Positions 59,324 to 64,000 of a stretch of 64,000 nt of DNA are shown one piece after another. The notes beneath the pieces are model-generated. The model was not told the DNA's origin and searched no databases. It saw only the letters and a list, made by a program, of their open reading frames with translations. Position 1 is the first letter of the stretch, and the number at the start of each line of letters is the position of its first letter. Source of the DNA: a virus; IMG/VR virus record IMGVR_UViG_3300033146_003955, positions 32,001 to 96,000 of that record; one strand, written 5' to 3'. The position numbers were made by a program, and so were the translations under genes.

Positions 59324-60025
59324 ATGAGAAAGAATAAATACTCGAAATCAAAGATAGACACGTTCAAGAAATGTAAACTTCAATATAAAAAAAAGTATAT
59401 TGAGAAAATTAAATTGCCTCAGCCTCATTCTGATGACCTTCAATTCGGCTCCTGGATTCATAAATGTTTAGAAATTTACAACCCAGATGCAGACAACAAG
59501 ATTGAAGTTATTAAACTTTTTAAACATTTCGATATTAGAGGGAAAGCTTATATTAATGCCATCCCTCAAACTCTTAGAAATGCTATAGCATATACTAAGA
59601 AAAATTGGAAATACCCTAGAGAGAATGAGCAAACTATAACTTATGAAGGGAATGAGATTACAATCACTGGTATTGTAGACTTAAAAATGGAGCAGAAAAA
59701 TGGTTTAGTTGTTGTCGATTATAAATCATCAAAAACTGCTAATCCATGGCGTCATGAATATCAAATGAAGATGTATACATACATGTTTATGAAAATTGAA
59801 AGTCTCCCAGCTGAAAAAATACATTCAGTTATATACTATCCTCGAATTGATGATTACAATCATTATAATTTTACTACAATAGATATGAAATTATTTGAAC
59901 AAGAACTCATGCAAGATATTGTGGATATAGAAACTACAAAAGTTTATCCTGCTTCACCTGGTTACCATTGTAGATGGTGTCCTTACCTTGATACTGAACA
60001 TTGTTCTAAAGGTCAAAAGCCTTAA
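59324..60025 (+). CDS. Cas4/RecB-like PD-(D/E)XK exonuclease
   Basis: YSxSKIDTFKKC, GSWIH, GIVDL, VDYKS, QMKMY, CRWCPY...C. Confidence 0.8.
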   Translation: MRKNKYSKSKIDTFKKCKLQYKKKYIEKIKLPQPHSDDLQFGSWIHKCLEIYNPDADNKIEVIKLFKHFDIRGKAYINAIPQTLRNAIAYTKKNWKYPRENEQTITYEGNEITITGIVDLKMEQKNGLVVVDYKSSKTANPWRHEYQMKMYTYMFMKIESLPAEKIHSVIYYPRIDDYNHYNFTTIDMKLFEQELMQDIVDIETTKVYPASPGYHCRWCPYLDTEHCSKGQKP

Positions 60026-60026
60026 A

Positions 60027-60206
60027 ATGGATTTAGCTTTAGCTGCTAAACATTTGTTACTTGGTAGAAATTGTTTTAATTGTAATTATTATAAAACTAA
60101 AAAAAGTAAATGTTCACATGATTTAGATATTTGTATTTTTGCTAACGGGCAAGGTGACAAATTACCTAGCGCAAATATTTGTAAATATTGGAGTAGATAT
60201 GAATGA
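60027..60206 (+). CDS. AKxLL-tagged Cys-rich protein
   Basis: MDLALAAKHLLLGRNCFNC...C...CKYW. Confidence 0.6.
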   Translation: MDLALAAKHLLLGRNCFNCNYYKTKKSKCSHDLDICIFANGQGDKLPSANICKYWSRYE

Positions 60207-60420
60207 AGACAAATTAGCAAAAAAATTATTGGAGAACAATATTCCTCCCCAATATATTCCTTATTATGAGATAATAGGTGATAGAAAATTAACATTACCA
60301 GTGAAAGGTGCAGTCATCATATTAGCAGAAAATAATGGATTTGATGTACGATTTATAAAAATTGATACAGTAATAACGGATGATTTTCATCCTTATAGAT
60401 TAAATATACATATAGATTAA
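60199..60420 (+). CDS. AKxLL-tagged small protein
   Basis: MNEDKLAKKLLENN...ITDDFHPYRLNI. Confidence 0.55.
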   Translation: MNEDKLAKKLLENNIPPQYIPYYEIIGDRKLTLPVKGAVIILAENNGFDVRFIKIDTVITDDFHPYRLNIHID

Positions 60421-60473
60421 ATATACATATAGATGAAAATCATAATTTAAAAAATATAACTATAGGATAGGAG

Positions 60474-61178
60474 TTGAAAATGGTTAGAAGTTACCCGGCA
60501 CTTACCACCCTTATACGTGGTAGATTAAATAGAGACATATCTGATGCACAATTTTTTCTTCATGAAAAAGGTATTGCACTTCTGATAGATGATGAAAATC
60601 TTTATTCTCTTAAAACAGAAAATGATGGTCATAAGTCTGAACTTTTTGAAGTTTGTTACAAAGGTTTAATATATCGTGGAACTGAATTGGTGTGTTTTAA
60701 GGGACCAAGAGTACCTGAAATGTCTCTCAAAGAAGCTCAAGAGAAAGATACAATAGTTTGGAATGACAAGACAGTTTTTGCTGAAAAAATTAAAGGTAAA
60801 AAAATGTATATGTATTGGGATTACGAGAAAGAAGATTGGCAATTTGCAGATGAGAATAAAGCCATAAATAAATCTTATGGTGATATTTTAAGAAATAAAC
60901 TTTATAACATCATGGGAATTGAATATTTTTTTACTTACGTTTTTATAATATCTGAAAATAATATTAAACATGAAACTGGCATTTATCTTGAAACAATGTA
61001 TGATAACAAAAAAGGTAAAGAAATAAAATGGGATAGAGTATGGAATTATGCTATGCGTTTAAAAGCAAAACCTGTTATGTATTATAACTTCGAAGGTTTT
61101 GATAAACTTGAAGAAAGCGATTTCCCTATATATGTATTAGATATCTCTGGAAATAGAATATTATTAACAAAGATGTAA
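60474..61178 (+). CDS. Divergent Rnl1-like nucleotidyltransferase-fold protein
   Basis: CYKGLIY..LVCF and EKIKG in place of EKxDG. Confidence 0.4.
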   Translation: MKMVRSYPALTTLIRGRLNRDISDAQFFLHEKGIALLIDDENLYSLKTENDGHKSELFEVCYKGLIYRGTELVCFKGPRVPEMSLKEAQEKDTIVWNDKTVFAEKIKGKKMYMYWDYEKEDWQFADENKAINKSYGDILRNKLYNIMGIEYFFTYVFIISENNIKHETGIYLETMYDNKKGKEIKWDRVWNYAMRLKAKPVMYYNFEGFDKLEESDFPIYVLDISGNRILLTKM

Positions 61179-61179
61179 A

Positions 61180-62259
61180 ATGAGTTTAAAAAAAACAACT
61201 AAAGAATTTATAAAAGAAGCAAAAGAAATACATGGTGGGAAGTATGATTATTCTTTAGTTAATTATAAGACAGCTATAACTAAAATTAAAATAATATGTT
61301 TAAAACATGGAACGTTTGAACAAATTCCAAATAGTCATTTAAACGGTAGCGGCTGTCCTAAATGTTCACATAAAGGAATTAAATATACAACTGAAGAATT
61401 TATAATAAAAGCAAAAGAAATACATGGTGGGAAGTATGATTATTCTTTAGTTGATTATATTGATAATAAAACTAAAATTAAAATAACATGTCCAAAACAT
61501 GGAGTATTTAAAAAAAGACCTAATTTACATTTATCCAAAAAACAAGGTTGTCCAAAATGTATGGGTAGAAATCGAACAACTGAAGAATTTATAATAAAAG
61601 CAAAAGAAATACATGGTGGGAAGTATGATTATTCTTTAGTTGATTATATTGATAGCACGACTAAAATTAAAATAATATGTCCGAAGCATGGGGTATTTGA
61701 ACAAACACCAGGCAATCATTTTTTAGGTAAAGAATGTTATAACTGTGGCAAATTTAAAATTAAATATACAACTGAAGAATTTATAATAAAAGCAAAAGAA
61801 ATACATGGTGGGAAGTATGATTATTCTTTAGTTGATTATATTGGTAGCACAACTAAAATTAAAATAATATGTCCGAAGCATGGGATATTTAAACAAAAAG
61901 CATCAAGTCATTTAAATGGTAATGGTTGTCCTACTTGTAATAGTTCCAAAGGTGAAATAGAAATTATTAATTATTTAAATTATAAAAATATAAATTATGA
62001 AAGAGAATATAAATTTGATGATTGTAAAGATAAAAGAGTTTTACCTTTTGATTTTTATATAAAAGATTTAAATATTCTTATTGAATTTGACGGAGATCAA
62101 CATAGAAAAGCTATAAAATTTTTTGGTGGAGAAAAAATGTTTAAAGATAGACAACGAAAAGATGTTATAAAAACTAAATATGCAAAAGATAACAATATAC
62201 AATTAATAAGAATAAATTGTGTAAAAGATATTAAAACGCTACTTACATCAATGGAATAA
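61180..62259 (+). CDS. DUF723-type Zn-repeat endonuclease (4 repeats)
   Basis: Same repeat and nuclease motifs as 24377. Confidence 0.8.
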   Translation: MSLKKTTKEFIKEAKEIHGGKYDYSLVNYKTAITKIKIICLKHGTFEQIPNSHLNGSGCPKCSHKGIKYTTEEFIIKAKEIHGGKYDYSLVDYIDNKTKIKITCPKHGVFKKRPNLHLSKKQGCPKCMGRNRTTEEFIIKAKEIHGGKYDYSLVDYIDSTTKIKIICPKHGVFEQTPGNHFLGKECYNCGKFKIKYTTEEFIIKAKEIHGGKYDYSLVDYIGSTTKIKIICPKHGIFKQKASSHLNGNGCPTCNSSKGEIEIINYLNYKNINYEREYKFDDCKDKRVLPFDFYIKDLNILIEFDGDQHRKAIKFFGGEKMFKDRQRKDVIKTKYAKDNNIQLIRINCVKDIKTLLTSME

Positions 62260-62260
62260 T

Positions 62261-63022
62261 ATGAAATTTAATGATATAAAAACTGAAGATAAAAAAATTT
62301 TAAAAACTAATAAATCTAAAAATACTTTCACACAAAACTCTTCTATTATAGAACATTGGTACCGATTCGGTACAGTTGGTGTTTATATTATGAATAATGG
62401 TAAGAAAGGTCTTTTTCGTGAAATTGCCTCGTATGCTAATGACGGAAAAAAACCTACTTCATGGGCTATGAAAATATATCATACAGACAAATGGCATCTT
62501 CAATTTGGTATTCATCCCAACGCTGATATTACAAAAAATGATATTTTTTTAACTGAAATATTTTCCGTCTTTGAAGAAAAGTATGAATATCTAGAAATAA
62601 CTGGTAATAGAAAAGTTGTACTCTTCACTGAATTTGAGAGTAAAAAAGAAGTAGAAGATATAGCTAATTATATTATTGAAATGTTTAGAAATATAGAATT
62701 AGATTTTGTAAATGAAATTATTAATCCCAATTTTATTACACAAGAAAATCAAGGGAAATTGAAAATTATTGGATATTTCTCTGATGGGAAAAGTGATAAA
62801 GCTTCTCAACAAAAATTTATAGATATGGTTAATAGATTAAATAATATATCTATGAGTGGGAAAGATGAAAGTAATTTTAATATAATAAAAAAAAGAATAT
62901 TACAGAAAGTAATCTTAAGTAGTAAAGACAAACAAGTTTTAAATGATTTATTAAAGGAATACCTATCAGATCATGATAGAATATCTATAGCTATGAAATA
63001 TTTAAAAAAGGATGGAAAATGA
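62261..63022 (+). CDS. Hypothetical protein
   Basis: Operonic ORF. Confidence 0.6.
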   Translation: MKFNDIKTEDKKILKTNKSKNTFTQNSSIIEHWYRFGTVGVYIMNNGKKGLFREIASYANDGKKPTSWAMKIYHTDKWHLQFGIHPNADITKNDIFLTEIFSVFEEKYEYLEITGNRKVVLFTEFESKKEVEDIANYIIEMFRNIELDFVNEIINPNFITQENQGKLKIIGYFSDGKSDKASQQKFIDMVNRLNNISMSGKDESNFNIIKKRILQKVILSSKDKQVLNDLLKEYLSDHDRISIAMKYLKKDGK

Positions 63023-63945
63023 AACATTTATTAATAGATGCTAACAATATCGCATCACTTAGCTTTTTCCGCGCTAAATCTATTATGATGAAAGAAATAA
63101 ATTCTAAAATTGATATTGATAATGAAAAAGAATTAATTACGGAAGTTCAAAAAAATATTATAGGTTTTTCTACACATATGTTTTTTAACAAACTTCATAG
63201 TATTATGAAGTTAAACAAAGGTGCTAAAGTTTATATTATTTGGGATGGTAAAGGCGGTTCTAATTGGAGAAAAAAAATTAATTCTGACTATAAAGCAAAT
63301 AGGAAACATGGCAATGATAGTTTCTACCCTGTATATATTAATATGATGAATAAATCAAAAGAAATTCTTAAATCTTATCCTGTTGTTCAATTTACAAAGC
63401 AAGAAGCTGAAGCTGACGATTTAATTTATTCTATAGTTAAATATGTAAGTAACAACGTTGAATCAGAAGTAGCAACAAATAAATTAATTGATAAATCATA
63501 TATTAACGTAGTTTCTACAGATACAGATATGATACAGCTGGCACAGCAATTTTCAAATGTAGATATTTATAACCCTATAACTAAAAAAAATCAAGTAATA
63601 CCAGAATACAATTATGTACTTTACAAATCTATAGTTGGTGATAAAAGCGATAATATTGTTGGCGTTCCAAGATACGGAAAAAAGAAAGGAGCAAATGCAG
63701 CGATAGCTGGTATTGATTCTATGAAAGAAGAATTTCACCCTCTTATTAAAAATAATTTATTAATTATTGATATGGCACAAAATCCTAATCAAAAAGATAA
63801 TTATTCATATATAAGTGAAATTATTAAAGGAACGAAAATAACTCTTGATATTGATAAAATTAAAAAACACTACTTTGATTTAAAATTAAAATCACTTCTT
63901 GATGGATTGGATACTACATCTAAACTATTAAAGAATCTTCTATAA
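63019..63945 (+). CDS. 5'-3' exonuclease / T4 RNase H-like flap endonuclease
   Basis: LLIDANN, WDG..WRK...YKANR, EADD, STDTDMIQL, GDKSDNIVGVPRYGKK. Confidence 0.9.
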   Translation: MKHLLIDANNIASLSFFRAKSIMMKEINSKIDIDNEKELITEVQKNIIGFSTHMFFNKLHSIMKLNKGAKVYIIWDGKGGSNWRKKINSDYKANRKHGNDSFYPVYINMMNKSKEILKSYPVVQFTKQEAEADDLIYSIVKYVSNNVESEVATNKLIDKSYINVVSTDTDMIQLAQQFSNVDIYNPITKKNQVIPEYNYVLYKSIVGDKSDNIVGVPRYGKKKGANAAIAGIDSMKEEFHPLIKNNLLIIDMAQNPNQKDNYSYISEIIKGTKITLDIDKIKKHYFDLKLKSLLDGLDTTSKLLKNLL

Positions 63946-64000
63946 AATATATTTCACTCCATTTTTACTATATTTTGGTAATTATATTAAGATAATAGTA

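Noticed and set aside
24377-62259. Diversity-generating retroelement among near-identical repeats or Cys4 paralogs
   Set aside because: No reverse transcriptase in the window, and differences do not look adenine-specific.
1-64000. Stop-codon reassignment (TAG to Gln) suggested by the CUA tRNA
   Set aside because: Long ORFs are unbroken in code 11 and TAG terminates recognisable proteins at their natural ends.

Overview
AT-rich, gene-dense, mostly + strand segment of a large (jumbo-type) tailed dsDNA phage genome; no host housekeeping operons are seen. About 1-11 kb encodes virion/tail-fibre proteins. The rest encodes DNA and nucleotide metabolism (class II RNR, ATP-dependent ligase, Ogg glycosylase, thymidylate kinase, RuvC-like, Cas4-like and FEN/RNase H-like nucleases), GroES, a radical SAM enzyme, two paralogous MoxR-AAA+/HEXXH/vWA modules, several free-standing endonucleases and many small ORFs. 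Main observations: (1) a short portable 'AKxLL' helix-like tag shared by more than 20 otherwise unrelated small proteins; (2) a four-gene split AAA+/peptidase/vWA module with (L/I)xE leaders, next to a conventional two-gene paralog; (3) a group I intron with a LAGLIDADG ORF inside an SPFH gene; (4) an amber-suppressor tRNA, a tRNA-like RNA with a large structured insert, and an upstream Met-Leu-amber mini-ORF; (5) two phage promoter-like motifs, one sitting exactly 14 nt before ATGs that lack a Shine-Dalgarno (SD) site. A spirochaete-like diderm host is inferred. All family calls come from motif recognition by eye; no database search was run.
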